A program made the translations under genes and the position numbers. A DNA stretch of 64,000 nucleotides from an uncultured delta proteobacterium (GTDB lineage Bacteria > Desulfobacterota > Binatia > UBA9968): contig CAVUVW010000015.1 in NCBI GenBank assembly GCA_963745035.1, positions 1-64,000 of the forward strand. Direction: 5' to 3'. The notes below the pieces were generated by a model. That model did no database searches, was not told the origin of the DNA, and saw nothing but the letters and a program-made list of their open reading frames with translations. Below are positions 1 to 9,631 of the stretch, piece by piece. Numbering within the stretch: position 1 is the stretch's first letter; every line of letters starts with the position of its first letter.

Positions 1-753
1 GAACTTGCGGCCGACTTAGTGCGTCGTAAGGTTGACCTCATCGTGGTAGCCGGAGGAGATGGCGGCATCCGAGCAGCCATGAATGCCACCAAAAAAATTC
101 CTATCGTTATGACCGGCCCAGGCTCAGATCCCGTTAGAGCAGGCTTTGTTGAGAGCCTTGCCCGTCCCGGCGGCAATGTTACTGGACTTACAAACCTTTC
201 GAGAGAACTGGGCGGTAAGCGTCTGGAGCTGCTCAAGGAAGTAGTTGCCAAACTGAACCGTGTCGCGGTTCTCTACGAGCCAAGCATTTCCGGCACTGCA
301 CGGGAGGTGAAAGAGGACCTTGCGGTCACCGCGCGTGTGCTGGGCCTGACGGTTCAGCCTTGGGAGGTACGCGATGTCGCTGGGTCGAACGTGTATTCTC
401 AGCGCTGAACAAGGAGCGCGCGGAGGCACTCTGTCTGCCCGGCGGAGGCTCTCTCTTTCGTACTAACGAAAAACGGATCGCGAACTTTGGTTGAGGAGCC
501 GACCTACCGTCCCTGTTCGCAGTTGAGGTGAGGGTCGATACCGGCGGGCTCATGTCCTACGGGGTGAGCTCCTGGACTGCTACCGCCGCGCCGCGATCTA
601 TGTGGAAAGAATTCTAAAGGGCGCAAAGCCTGCCGATTTCCTGTGGAGCAGCCGACGAAGTTCGAGCTCGTGATCAATCTTAAAACCGCCAAACAGATCG
701 GTCTAACGATTCCGCCGAACGTGCTGGCGAGAGCGGACAGAGTAATCCGATAG
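1..753 (+). CDS. ABC transporter substrate-binding protein (ABC_sub_bind-like), 5'-truncated by window edge, frameshifted
   Basis: ORF 19..408 has [20 protein letters not shown] and KRLELLKE. The conserved C-terminus [36 protein letters not shown] ends at 753 in another frame. Confidence 0.85.
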
Positions 754-790
754 GCGTGCATCTTCGCTCGGGCATTTGAGGTCATTCAGA

Positions 791-1792
791 ATGAATTCAC
801 TAGATGGAAGGCTCGTTCGCTGGTTGCTGACAACTGTCTTGCTGACAACTGCCATACCGCATCGGCGCAGGAGCCGAAGAAAGTTCATCGTATAGGTTAT
901 CTCTCCTCGACGGATGCAGTCAGTGACTCCGTCCGTTCGCAGGGAGTGCTAGTTGCTTTGCGCGAGCTTGGGTACATAGACGGCCAGAACATCGCTATGG
1001 AGTACCGATATGCGGCGGGGAACCGCGATCAGGCCGCTAGTCTTGCCGCCGAGCTGGTACGTCTCAAGGTAGACATCCTTATAGTAGCCGGAGGCACCGT
1101 CTGGGTCAGGGCCGTAAGAATCCGACCAAAATCATTCCCATCGTCATGACAGGCGCTGGCCTCGACCCCGTCGAGGCAGGACTGGTTCAAAGCCTTGCTC
1201 GCCCAGGCGAAACATCACGGGGCTTACAACTCAATTCACCAGAGAAATAGGCGGCAAGCGGCTGGAGCTGCTCAAGGAAGCCGTCCCAAAAATAGTCCGC
1301 GTCGCGGTTCTGTACGATCCGACCGCTCCCGGCACTGCACGCGAAATAAAAGAGGTTCTTCCGGTCGCGGCGCGCGCTCTGGGATTGACGATTCAGCCTC
1401 GGGAGGTACGCGATGCAGCTGGTTTCGAAAAGTTATTCGCCGCGCTCAGCAAGCAGCTCCCGGATGCACTCCACATTACCGGTGGTCCAGACATGCGTGC
1501 TCACGCAAAGTCGATCGCGCGCTTTGCGTTAACCAGGCGGTTACCGTCGATATATCAGACCAGAGATGCAGTAGATGCGGGCGGGCTGATGTACTACGGG
1601 GCGGACGCAGCGGACAGCTATCGCCGCGTCGCTATCTACGTGGACAAAATCCTCAAAGGCGCCAAACCTGGCGATATTCCAGTGGAGCAGCCGACGAAGT
1701 TTGAGTTCGTGATCAATTTGAAAACGGCAAAGCAGATCGGTCTAACGATTCCGCAGCAAGTGCTGGCGAGAGCGGATAAGGTAATTCGATGA
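791..1792 (+). CDS. ABC transporter substrate-binding protein paralog 2, frameshifted
   Basis: Pieces 946..1149 (LRELGYIDGQNI..EYRYA) and 1385..1792 (GGLMYYG, VDKILKGAKP, EQPTKFE). The start position is approximate. Confidence 0.8.
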
Positions 1793-1828
1793 AGCGTGAG
1801 TCGTGAGGCGAAAGGCGTGAGAAAAACA

Positions 1829-2815
1829 ATGAAGGCAAAGACTTTGCTCGCGCTATGTGTGATTCTCTCTGCGCTTTCGGTATCCGTCGAGGCACAGCAG
1901 CGGGGTAAAACTCCGCGGATAGCATACCTGAATGGCGGGTCCCGTTCCGCTCAATCGGCAACAAATAATGAAGCACTTCGACAAAGTCTCCGCGAGCTTG
2001 GCTATGTAGAAGGACAAAACATCATTGTCGAGGATCGATATGCGGAGGGAGATCGTGACCGCCAACGCGCGTTTGCGCGCGATTTAGTGCGGCTCAAGGT
2101 GGATGTCATCGTGGCTTCTAGTGGAGGAGATACGCGCGCGGCGAAGGAAGCGACCACGACCATTCCCATTGTCATGGCACAAAGTGATGATCCTGTGGCC
2201 AGCGGATTCGTTGCTAACCTTGCGCGCCCGGGTGAAAACATCACCGGGCTCTCCACTCTTTCTCCCGAGACAAGTGGCAAACGGCTCGAACTCTTGAAAG
2301 AGGTCGTGCCTAAACTGGCTCGCGCGGCGATGTTCGGGACTTCAAGCAGTCCCGGCGACACCCCGGTGTTGAACGAAACCAAAAACGCCGCGCAAGCGCT
2401 AGGCGTAAGCGTTCAATACCTAGATGTACTGAGCCGCAAAGACTTTGAGAGTGCCTTCCAAGCCGCCGTCAAAGCGCGGGCTAACGGCGCGCTCTGGTTA
2501 GTATCGGGCTCGGTCGGCAGCGGCCACCAAACCAAGATCGCCGAATTGGCAGCGATCAGGGGACTCCCAATGATTTACTATGGACAAAATTATGTCTCAG
2601 CCGGCGGGCTCATGTCCTACGGTGTTAATTTGGCCGACCTGCACCGCCGCGCCGCCACTTACGTGGACAAGATTTTGAAAGGCGCCAAGCCCGCCGATCT
2701 GCCCGTCGAGCAGCCGACGAAATTTGAGTTGGTGATCAACCTCAAAACCGCCAAACAGATCGGCCTCACAATTCCGCCGAACGTGCTGGCGAGGGCGGAT
2801 CGAGTAATTAAGTAG
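1829..2815 (+). CDS. ABC transporter substrate-binding protein paralog 3
   Basis: Intact ORF with signal peptide (MKAKTLLALCVILSALSVSVEA) and family motifs [39 protein letters not shown]. Confidence 0.92.
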   Translation: MKAKTLLALCVILSALSVSVEAQQRGKTPRIAYLNGGSRSAQSATNNEALRQSLRELGYVEGQNIIVEDRYAEGDRDRQRAFARDLVRLKVDVIVASSGGDTRAAKEATTTIPIVMAQSDDPVASGFVANLARPGENITGLSTLSPETSGKRLELLKEVVPKLARAAMFGTSSSPGDTPVLNETKNAAQALGVSVQYLDVLSRKDFESAFQAAVKARANGALWLVSGSVGSGHQTKIAELAAIRGLPMIYYGQNYVSAGGLMSYGVNLADLHRRAATYVDKILKGAKPADLPVEQPTKFELVINLKTAKQIGLTIPPNVLARADRVIK

Positions 2816-2842
2816 GCAATAGGTGCGAGGCGGCAGGCAACA

Positions 2843-3835
2843 GTGAAGAACGTGAAGAAAATACTTTCCAGCTGCCCCCTTGCCGCTTTGCTCTGTGTAA
2901 TAAACTTGCCCGCGACAGCGCAGCAGCCGCCAACGGTCCGCCGCGTGGGATTTCTATCTACCCTCACTCATTCCGCTATGGCGGACCGCGTCGAGATATT
3001 CCGCCAAGGTCTGCGCGAGCTTGGGTATGTGGAGGGGAAGAACATTGTCGTTGAGTGGCGATATGGAGATGACAAACCTGATCGCGTGAGCGAGCTTGCG
3101 GCCGAATTAGTGCGTCTCAAGGTTGAGGTCATCGTTAGTGGAGGCAACTCAGCGACCGAGGCAGCGAAGAAAGCAACGACAACCATCCCGATTGTGATGA
3201 CGCGGGCCAGTGATCCAATTGCCTCGGGGTTTGTCTCCAGTCTGGCGCGGCCTGGCGGAACCATCACCGGCTTGTCGACACTTTCCCCCGAGATAAACGG
3301 AAAACGACTGGAACTCCTGAAGGAGACCATTCCCAAGCTTGCCCGCATGGCTGTTTTCGGAACTTCGACCAGCCCAGGCAATGTGCAAGAGTTGAGAGAA
3401 GTGGAGGTCGCGGGAGGAGCGTTAGGAGTGAAGCTGCAGTACTTGGATGTGCTAATCAGCAAAGAAATCGAGCCCGCATTCCGTGCGGCAACCAAAGGGC
3501 GGGCTGAGGCAATCCTTATAATGCTGGGCGCCCTCGGAACTTCCCATCGAAAAGAGATGGCGGCACTCGAGCTAAAATTCCGGCTTCCGGTGATATACGA
3601 GTCGGCAAGATCTGTTGAGGCCGGGGGGCTTATGGCCTACGGCGTCAGCTCGCTCGACCTGGACCGGCGTGCCGCTACGTACGTGGACAAGATTCTTAAA
3701 GGTGCCAAGCCAGCCGATTTCCCTGTGGAGCAGCCGACAAAGTTCGAGCTGGTGATCAATCTCAAGACCGCCAAGCAGATCGGCCTCACGATTCCGCCGA
3801 ACGTGCTGGCGCGGGCGGACAGGGTGATCAGGTGA
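2843..3835 (+). CDS. ABC transporter substrate-binding protein paralog 4
   Basis: Intact 330-aa ORF with signal peptide and the same family motifs. Confidence 0.92.
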   Translation: MKNVKKILSSCPLAALLCVINLPATAQQPPTVRRVGFLSTLTHSAMADRVEIFRQGLRELGYVEGKNIVVEWRYGDDKPDRVSELAAELVRLKVEVIVSGGNSATEAAKKATTTIPIVMTRASDPIASGFVSSLARPGGTITGLSTLSPEINGKRLELLKETIPKLARMAVFGTSTSPGNVQELREVEVAGGALGVKLQYLDVLISKEIEPAFRAATKGRAEAILIMLGALGTSHRKEMAALELKFRLPVIYESARSVEAGGLMAYGVSSLDLDRRAATYVDKILKGAKPADFPVEQPTKFELVINLKTAKQIGLTIPPNVLARADRVIR

Positions 3836-4224
3836 CAACAGGAGATATGCGAGGGCGGACGGCTGTTGAGTTTGGTTCGAACCTGTACTGGCGAGTGATT
3901 TGGACGCGATTTCCCGGACCAAAGAGTGTAGAGCCATACGACTAGAGCCAACGCGGCTATGAGCAAGATCAGCTTCAATAGATCTTGAAGCACACCGGTG
4001 AGTCCCAGGCGCAGTCTATCAAAACGGACTTAGCGGCTCCGCACGGCGGAGTTCTTAAGCACTGGAGGTTTGTTGCCCTTCAGCACAAGCCACGCCATCC
4101 GATAACTGCAGCCGACGCAGCGGCCATTCACAGCCTGAACCGGCGCCTTCCACGGTGATTCGCGCATCGTGATTCCCACGTAGCCGCCGCAGCGCGGGCA
4201 GGATCTGGCGAAGTAGCGGGCCAT
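3815..4224. repeat. Copy 1 of duplicated module (SBP 3' end + small membrane ORF + CxxC/CxxC ORF)
   Basis: Aligns by eye with 6791..7189. The 38 bp at 4187..4224 are identical to 7152..7189, and gcggacagggtgatcaggtga matches gcggatagggtgatcaggtaa. Confidence 0.85.
4030..4224 (-). CDS. Small zinc-ribbon-like protein (CPRC...CVGC), 64 aa
   Basis: MARYFARSCPRCGGYVGI...NGRCVGCSYRMAW. A second, frameshifted copy at 7030..7189 keeps both CxxC pairs. Confidence 0.55.
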   Translation of the reverse strand: MARYFARSCPRCGGYVGITMRESPWKAPVQAVNGRCVGCSYRMAWLVLKGNKPPVLKNSAVRSR

Positions 4225-4288
4225 CGCCGAGCTATATCGCCCGCCAATGTAAGCCGTCAAGGTGGGATGAAGTCCTAAAACAAACGGA

Positions 4289-4924
4289 CTATCTAGTGTT
4301 CAGGGCGTCTTCCGTCCGCATGTCGGCGCGGGCGCAAAAGCTCGGAGCAACCGGGCTGTCTGTGCCGTCAACAACGCCCGCCTTCAAAAGCTCCCGCTGG
4401 TAATCAGACCACAGCTTGTTGGGTCCGATGCTCAATCGCTCTGGTGGTAATATCCGAACCAGTCGTGCGGCGCTATCGCGTGTGTTTGCCTCCCATGCAA
4501 ATCCTCCCGCGGTGCGGACCGCCACATAAATGGGTGCTCGCTGGAATGCGGGAACTTTGTTTTCAATCATTCCGAGCCAAAGAATTTGATCCGCCTGTTC
4601 GCGTGTACAAGTTTGTTTCCAGTAGAGATAGTCATGAACGACGGCAGGCAAAAGGTAATTCCCGTTCTGCCGAAGTAACGAATGGAAAACCTGGGGAATG
4701 CTGGCGAAGTCGGTCACAAATCCAGCGGGTACGGTGAGGCTGTCCTTCGATATGCCGATGGTATAGATCAACGGCTGTCTGACAATCCAGTTACGTCCAT
4801 CGACGAACGGCCTAAAATCCACCGGGAGAATCGGTACCTGCGCGAGCGATTCGGAAGCGCAACCAAGCAGAACGCCCGGGATCATTAGCAACCTCAGCCT
4901 AGTCAGAAGGAATTTCTTGAACAT
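4289..4924 (-). CDS. DUF1353 domain-containing exported protein
   Basis: Motifs TVPAGFVTDFASIP and AVVHDYLY...ADQI typical of DUF1353; N-terminal hydrophobic stretch with LLGC lipobox-like motif. Confidence 0.8.
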   Translation of the reverse strand: MFKKFLLTRLRLLMIPGVLLGCASESLAQVPILPVDFRPFVDGRNWIVRQPLIYTIGISKDSLTVPAGFVTDFASIPQVFHSLLRQNGNYLLPAVVHDYLYWKQTCTREQADQILWLGMIENKVPAFQRAPIYVAVRTAGGFAWEANTRDSAARLVRILPPERLSIGPNKLWSDYQRELLKAGVVDGTDSPVAPSFCARADMRTEDALNTR

Positions 4925-5146
4925 ATATTTGACCCCTCAATCCGTTATTCCAAGGCGGCTGCTAAGCTCGGGTCGTCGATGAACCGATTCCGACTACCCT
5001 GAATCTTTTCAATTGTGTTCCGTGAGCGCTCCTGACGGTTCGGCGGATCGGCAACGTGCCAGCGCTTCGGCATTGGGGTCATCCCGTTTAGCGCCAGCCC
5101 GTACTCGACATGGTGGCGCTATGCGGATACCTCCACCTCTGCACCC

Positions 5147-6310
5147 TCAGGGGACGTGTTCGACCGTAACGGTGACGCGAGCGTCGACGATCACTTCTTG
5201 CTCCGTGTCGAAGGGGTCGTATTCCTGTGAGGCTCGGAGGATCATGTTGATGGGTTTGTTTTCATTGCCTTCGCCGGGAATGACCTCGATCACCCGTGGC
5301 CCGCCGAACCCAATGCTGGATGCGTGTTCGTCCTCAAATGGCCAGGGATCGAATTCCTGGACGTGAACCGCCACGCCGGCGATCAGGTCTTTGATCGGTC
5401 GCGGCCCGATGACGACCAGCGGGCTCGCCACGAAGTTCGTGACGTTGAACGGCGCAAGGGTCGTCTGATGGTTCTCGAACTCGAAAGACTGGAAGGTCTG
5501 CCAACTTTGCCCGTTGCGAACCCAGGCCTCGAGCTTGAATCGCATTTCGGCCTCCGTTTCGGAGGGGGCTTCGCCAAGGCCTTGCACATCGATCGTGGGG
5601 AAATTGATCGTCACCCTCCGTTCAAGGGTCTTGAATGGGCGCACGATCTGCTGCCATCCGCCCGCCGCGTCGGAAACCCGGATCAACGCGAAGCGCGCCT
5701 CCGTCAGCTTCATCCGATCCTCCGCCGGCAATCCGAAGATAACCTTGTCGGTGGTCAAGTGGTGAGTAATCGCGGGTGTGAACGACTTCACCGTCATGAT
5801 CGGGTTCGGCATGATGCGAAAGCCAGCCGCGTCGGCGGTCGGCTCCTCCTTGCCGACCTCCATGATGGCGTGCGTCTGAATCGGGCCGGCAGGGGCCGAG
5901 CCGGTAGCGGCCGAGCCGGTAGTAATGCTGTAACGATAGAACGTGCCACCGACCTTCTCAGTGAACGCTCTTTGAAGAGTGGTCGGCAACCCCAGCGCAT
6001 GAACGACGACTTTGCCAAGCGCTCCCCTAGCAATCATCTCCTCGGACGCCTTGGTGCCTATAAAGAAGTCTATGTCGAAGGCACGAACCTCGTACACATC
6101 GCCCGGCGTGAGCGCCTGGGTATAGGAGCCGGCGACCAGTTCATTAGAGGGTATCACGCGCGGTTGAAAGGCGCCGGGGGTCGATCCGACTTTGAAAGTG
6201 CGCTCTTCCAGCTTGATCTTGTCAGGTGAGAAGTCCCAGTTGATGGTAACGTAGCCGGTAGTTGTTCCAGACGGGATCAGGATGACCTCATTGCTCGCCG
6301 TGAGAGGCAT
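5147..6310 (-). CDS. Hypothetical protein, 387 aa
   Basis: Long ORF with RBS-like GAAAGGTGAGG upstream; natural-looking beta-rich composition; no family recognised. Confidence 0.7.
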   Translation of the reverse strand: MPLTASNEVILIPSGTTTGYVTINWDFSPDKIKLEERTFKVGSTPGAFQPRVIPSNELVAGSYTQALTPGDVYEVRAFDIDFFIGTKASEEMIARGALGKVVVHALGLPTTLQRAFTEKVGGTFYRYSITTGSAATGSAPAGPIQTHAIMEVGKEEPTADAAGFRIMPNPIMTVKSFTPAITHHLTTDKVIFGLPAEDRMKLTEARFALIRVSDAAGGWQQIVRPFKTLERRVTINFPTIDVQGLGEAPSETEAEMRFKLEAWVRNGQSWQTFQSFEFENHQTTLAPFNVTNFVASPLVVIGPRPIKDLIAGVAVHVQEFDPWPFEDEHASSIGFGGPRVIEVIPGEGNENKPINMILRASQEYDPFDTEQEVIVDARVTVTVEHVP

Positions 6311-6790
6311 GACCTCACCTTTCCTTTCGACAGGCAGGTATTCTGCGCCTCAGATGCGCTGCCTTGTACGCGCATCTGACAGCTTTTGCTCCTCGCCCTC
6401 TAATCCACTCGGTAAACTCGATTTGCTCCACGAGCAGCGGCGTCAAGCCGACGCTCAATTGTTTCTGCTAACGATAAAAGTTTTGTCCGGTAAGAAGTTT
6501 TTCATGAAGTCCCCTCTTTGGATGCCAGCCTTACGTCACCCTCAACTGGATATGGGCTTCTGGCATGGTCAAAAAGCAAAGATTGGTCCATGGTAAATTT
6601 ACTTTGTTTTTATCCAGTAGAAGTGGCAATTCAGGGTATTTGGAGCAACCAACGTTTACGGTCAGGGGTCCAGTGGTTTACAGCAAGGAGGATTTAATGG
6701 CGGGTGAAACGGTTTCAATCGAGGAGTGATTGATCAGCAGTTTGACCACGAAGGACGCGGGCATTTACTTCGCGTCTGTGCTCAGCAGTA

Positions 6791-7189
6791 GCGGATAGGG
6801 TGATCAGGTAACGATGCGACCTCCGCCAGCTCTAATCATTGACATCAGAATTGAGTTCCAGTTTGGATTTGTACCGGCGAGTCATTGGGAAGCGACTTCC
6901 CGGACCACATCGTAAAAAGCCAGACCACTACAACCAGCGCGACGATAAGAAGTATCAGTTTCAACAGATCATGAACCACAGCGGTGTTGAAACAAAAGGC
7001 TACGGGCTGCAGCTCCGCATGACAGTAGCTTAAGTAGCGTCCGTTACCACAATCCACGCCAGCCGGTAACTGCAGCCCACGCAACGACCGTTGCTGGCCT
7101 GCTCAGACGCATTCTTTTCGCGGCTCACGCATCGTGATTCCCACATAGCTCCCGCAGCGCGGGCAGGATCTGGCGAAGTAGCGGGCCAT
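6791..7189. repeat. Copy 2 of duplicated module (degenerate)
   Basis: Encodes the ADRVIR* SBP tail on +, and on - DLLKLILLIVALVVVVWLFTMWSGKS plus a frameshifted MARYFARSCPRC...NGRCVGCSYRLAW. Confidence 0.8.
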
Positions 7190-7447
7190 GGGCTCAGGCG
7201 TTGAGGTAGGCAATCCAGAGAAGGACAGCGATTGCCCCGATGATGATCCAGCGAAGTCCTTGACGGAATTGCATGATTGAATCTCACGCGTAAACGATCA
7301 TGCCCAGCGCGCAGACCGAAATAAATCCGACCGCGAACCAGAAAACTGAGTTACCGACCGACATAACCCACCTCCGAAGGGAGGCGGACATATACCGCGA
7401 TCTGCCAAGAAGGGTCAAGAAGTGCCTTGCGATGCTACCGAGACGCT

Positions 7448-7633
7448 CTAACGAGCCTGCACGAAGAGATCATCGCCAGTTCTGATTGCCCGGTATAATG
7501 CGCCAAGCCGGACTATCTTCTTGGCTATTTCCTCGCGGGTTGCGGGTCTATCCTTGGTTTGCTCCAGCTGCGTCATCAGAGCATCGATTAACTGTGAGAC
7601 AAGCTCTAACTGATGGGTCTCGTCATCAGACAT
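7448..7633 (-). CDS. Small hypothetical helical protein, 61 aa
   Basis: ATG ORF with amphipathic helical composition, downstream of the MBL gene; no motif recognised. Confidence 0.4.
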   Translation of the reverse strand: MSDDETHQLELVSQLIDALMTQLEQTKDRPATREEIAKKIVRLGALYRAIRTGDDLFVQAR

Positions 7634-7683
7634 GCCGCTGCCGTTTATCGCCGATGGGCGGAGATTGCAAGTCAGATCGGGGA

Positions 7684-8922
7684 TTAATGCTCCTCCCAGA
7701 CGGTCTTGTAGTTGCAGTCCACTTCACCGACCACCACGCTCGCGCAGATAACGTGATCCTTGCCTTTTTCGACATTCACGTCCGTCTTCAGTATGACGCG
7801 CTGACCGTTGATGTAACGGTCTAGGGTGGTCTGCTTGGGCAGGTGATGCGTCGTGCTGGCAGAAATGATGACGAACTTCGGATTCACTTTGTCGATGAAC
7901 GCCTGAGTGCTCGCCGTTTCGCTTCCATGATGAGGGACCTTGAGGATGTCTGCCTTGAGCATGCCAGGGTTTTGCGCCTCGAGGTCAAGCAGGAGTTTCT
8001 CAATATGCCCCGGAGTGCCTGGTGAGGGTTCGTTGCGCTCCTTTCCATTGGCATCACCGGTGAAAAGAATCCTGACGCCGTTGATTTCGATCATGACGAC
8101 AATGGAGGCATTGTTGATCTTGTAAGCGCAGTCGCCTTGGTCTGGAGGGGTTTGAGCGCTGTGCAGTACCGTGAACTTGACGTTTGAGATGCCCGGCAAT
8201 GAAAAAGGCGCAAGCTGATTGCTCTTGGTTGAGGGGGCGTGAAATGTCTCCAGCGGACGCTTGAAGATGATCCCGCTCATATTTTTGACCTTGCTGATGA
8301 AGTCGAGATAGTTCTTCCTCCCCGCAGCTGTAAGATTACAATCTCGGTTGTAACCCGGGTCCCAGAACTCCCGAAGCGTGCGCGGCGTGGTGCCCTGCCC
8401 GTCGAAGTTGAACAACCTCACCATCCCTTTCCAGTGGTCCTGGTCACCGTGGGTGACGATGACGAGTTCGATCGTGCCCTGAACGATGTCCTCCTGCTTA
8501 ATGTAGTCATGCAGATCATTGGCGTAGTTTCCGCCGTCGATCAGGATTTCTTGCTCGCCCATGTCGATGATTGCCGAGTCGCCGGTGCCCACGTCCAGAA
8601 AGTGAATCTTAAAGCTGGCCGAGGTCGCGGTTGGCGGTGAGACGTTTGGGTCCTCGGTTGCAATTTCTGTCCACGCTTTGGGAACGAACCCTGGCTGGCC
8701 GTTGGGTTGCTGTATCTTGTACCAGTGAGGAACCGACTCCAGGAGCGGAGCCCGTTCGCCCTTGTTGAGCCGGCCGATCTCTCCCGTCGCGGACGGACCC
8801 GGTCTGATGCTGACGAACTCCTTCACGCGCTGCGAAGGCGTGATGTCCGCCGCGAAGGACTTGAAAGTGACGAGAAAAAGGAGCGAAAGAAGAGCCGAAC
8901 AACGGCGCTATACCTTCGCCAT
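7684..8922 (-). CDS. Secreted SH3b + ComEC/Rec2-type metallo-beta-lactamase-fold hydrolase (putative nuclease); in-frame TAG at codon 5
   Basis: IHFLDVGTGDS, LIDGG, THGDQDH, NNASIV, LFTGDA and LKVPHHGS are ComEC-MBL motifs. N-terminal VSIRPGPS..IGRL...WYKI..GFV is SH3b-like. Upstream in frame reads ATG(8922) MAKV*RRCSALLSLLFLVTFKSFA, a signal peptide. Confidence 0.8.
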
Positions 8923-9102
8923 TTAACTCGGCGGGAGGCGTTGCATGAAATCAGATAACCTTCGACGCCGTGCGAGCGCTCTAAGTGGTCAAAACCCCGT
9001 TCGGTTTCCACAGCAATGGCTGACGATCACTCACCGAAACGTATCTTGAGACAGGTCCAACTGTCGCTCGCTTAATATGAGTTGCGATCACCCGAAATTT
9101 TC

Positions 9103-9131
9103 TTGTCGCCAAGTAAGCATATTGCTAAACT
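9103..9131 (+). promoter_or_regulatory. Putative sigma70 promoter of XRE gene with AGCA-N3-TGCT operator; likely leaderless transcript
   Basis: TTGTCG(9103)-17 bp-TAAACT(9126) with extended TG; palindrome AGCAtatTGCT 9116..9126; ATG at 9139 with no SD. Confidence 0.55.
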
Positions 9132-9138
9132 CCTCTCA

Positions 9139-9321
9139 ATGAAGGGCAAAGAGTTGAGAGCCAAAAGAGAAGCAGCTAACCTTCGGCAACAAGATTTAGC
9201 GGACGCACTTGGTGTTCACTGGACCACAATCTCCCGCATGGAAAGAGACCGCGTTAAAATCTCCAAAGCGACTGCCCTTGCGATTGATTTCATCCTGAAG
9301 CAGAAAGAATCCTCAAAGTAG
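9139..9321 (+). CDS. XRE/Cro-family HTH regulator, 60 aa
   Basis: LRAKREAANLRQQDLADALGVHWTTISRMER is a classic HTH_3 pattern. Confidence 0.88.
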   Translation: MKGKELRAKREAANLRQQDLADALGVHWTTISRMERDRVKISKATALAIDFILKQKESSK

Positions 9322-9363
9322 GCTCTGCGATAATGGCCGCTTAAATGTTTCGTCGCGCCGGCC

Positions 9364-9392
9364 TTGACGGCTATATAGCAACTTGCTATATC
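9364..9392 (+). promoter_or_regulatory. Putative promoter with perfect 9-1-9 inverted repeat operator upstream of DUF262 gene
   Basis: TTGACG(9364)-17 bp-TATATC; ATATAGCAA-C-TTGCTATAT 9373..9391 contains the same AGCA-N3-TGCT core. Confidence 0.6.
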
Positions 9393-9631
9393 AGGTGAGA
9401 GTAAGTTTACATTTTCTGGCTGGCTGTAATTAAGGTGGATATTGGAATCACGACTAGAAGGACCGAATCGGGGGGTTAGTGGTGATGGTGGAGTTTCGGA
9501 AGATCAGGCTTCGGAGTTCAAAGGAAATTGGATTTTCTTGTAGGAAAAATTAAAAATCACAGGAGTGTTAACTGGCTGGCTGATTCACAACGATAGCCGA
9601 TCACAACATTGCACGCATGGAGGACTAGAGT

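Noticed and set aside
640-3835. Regularly spaced repeats resembling a CRISPR or DGR array
   Set aside because: The repeats are the coding 3' ends of SBP paralogs about 1 kb apart; there are no cas or reverse transcriptase genes.
4022-4290. AAACGGACT direct repeat at 4022 and 4282 next to two stop codons, as a target-site duplication or integron-like site
   Set aside because: A 9-bp repeat over ~270 bp can occur by chance; there is no attC hairpin or IntI, and it is not conserved in copy 2.
6697-6760. Strong RBS plus ORF start MAGETVSIEE*LISSL
   Set aside because: Interrupted by TGA after 10 codons and then truncated; probably a gene remnant, too short to call.
9485-9493. ATGGTGGAG matching the tRNA-Ala 3' end (17703..17711) as a possible attL
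   Set aside because: Only 9 bp with no extension, which is plausible by chance. The true left att may be eroded or lie outside the window.
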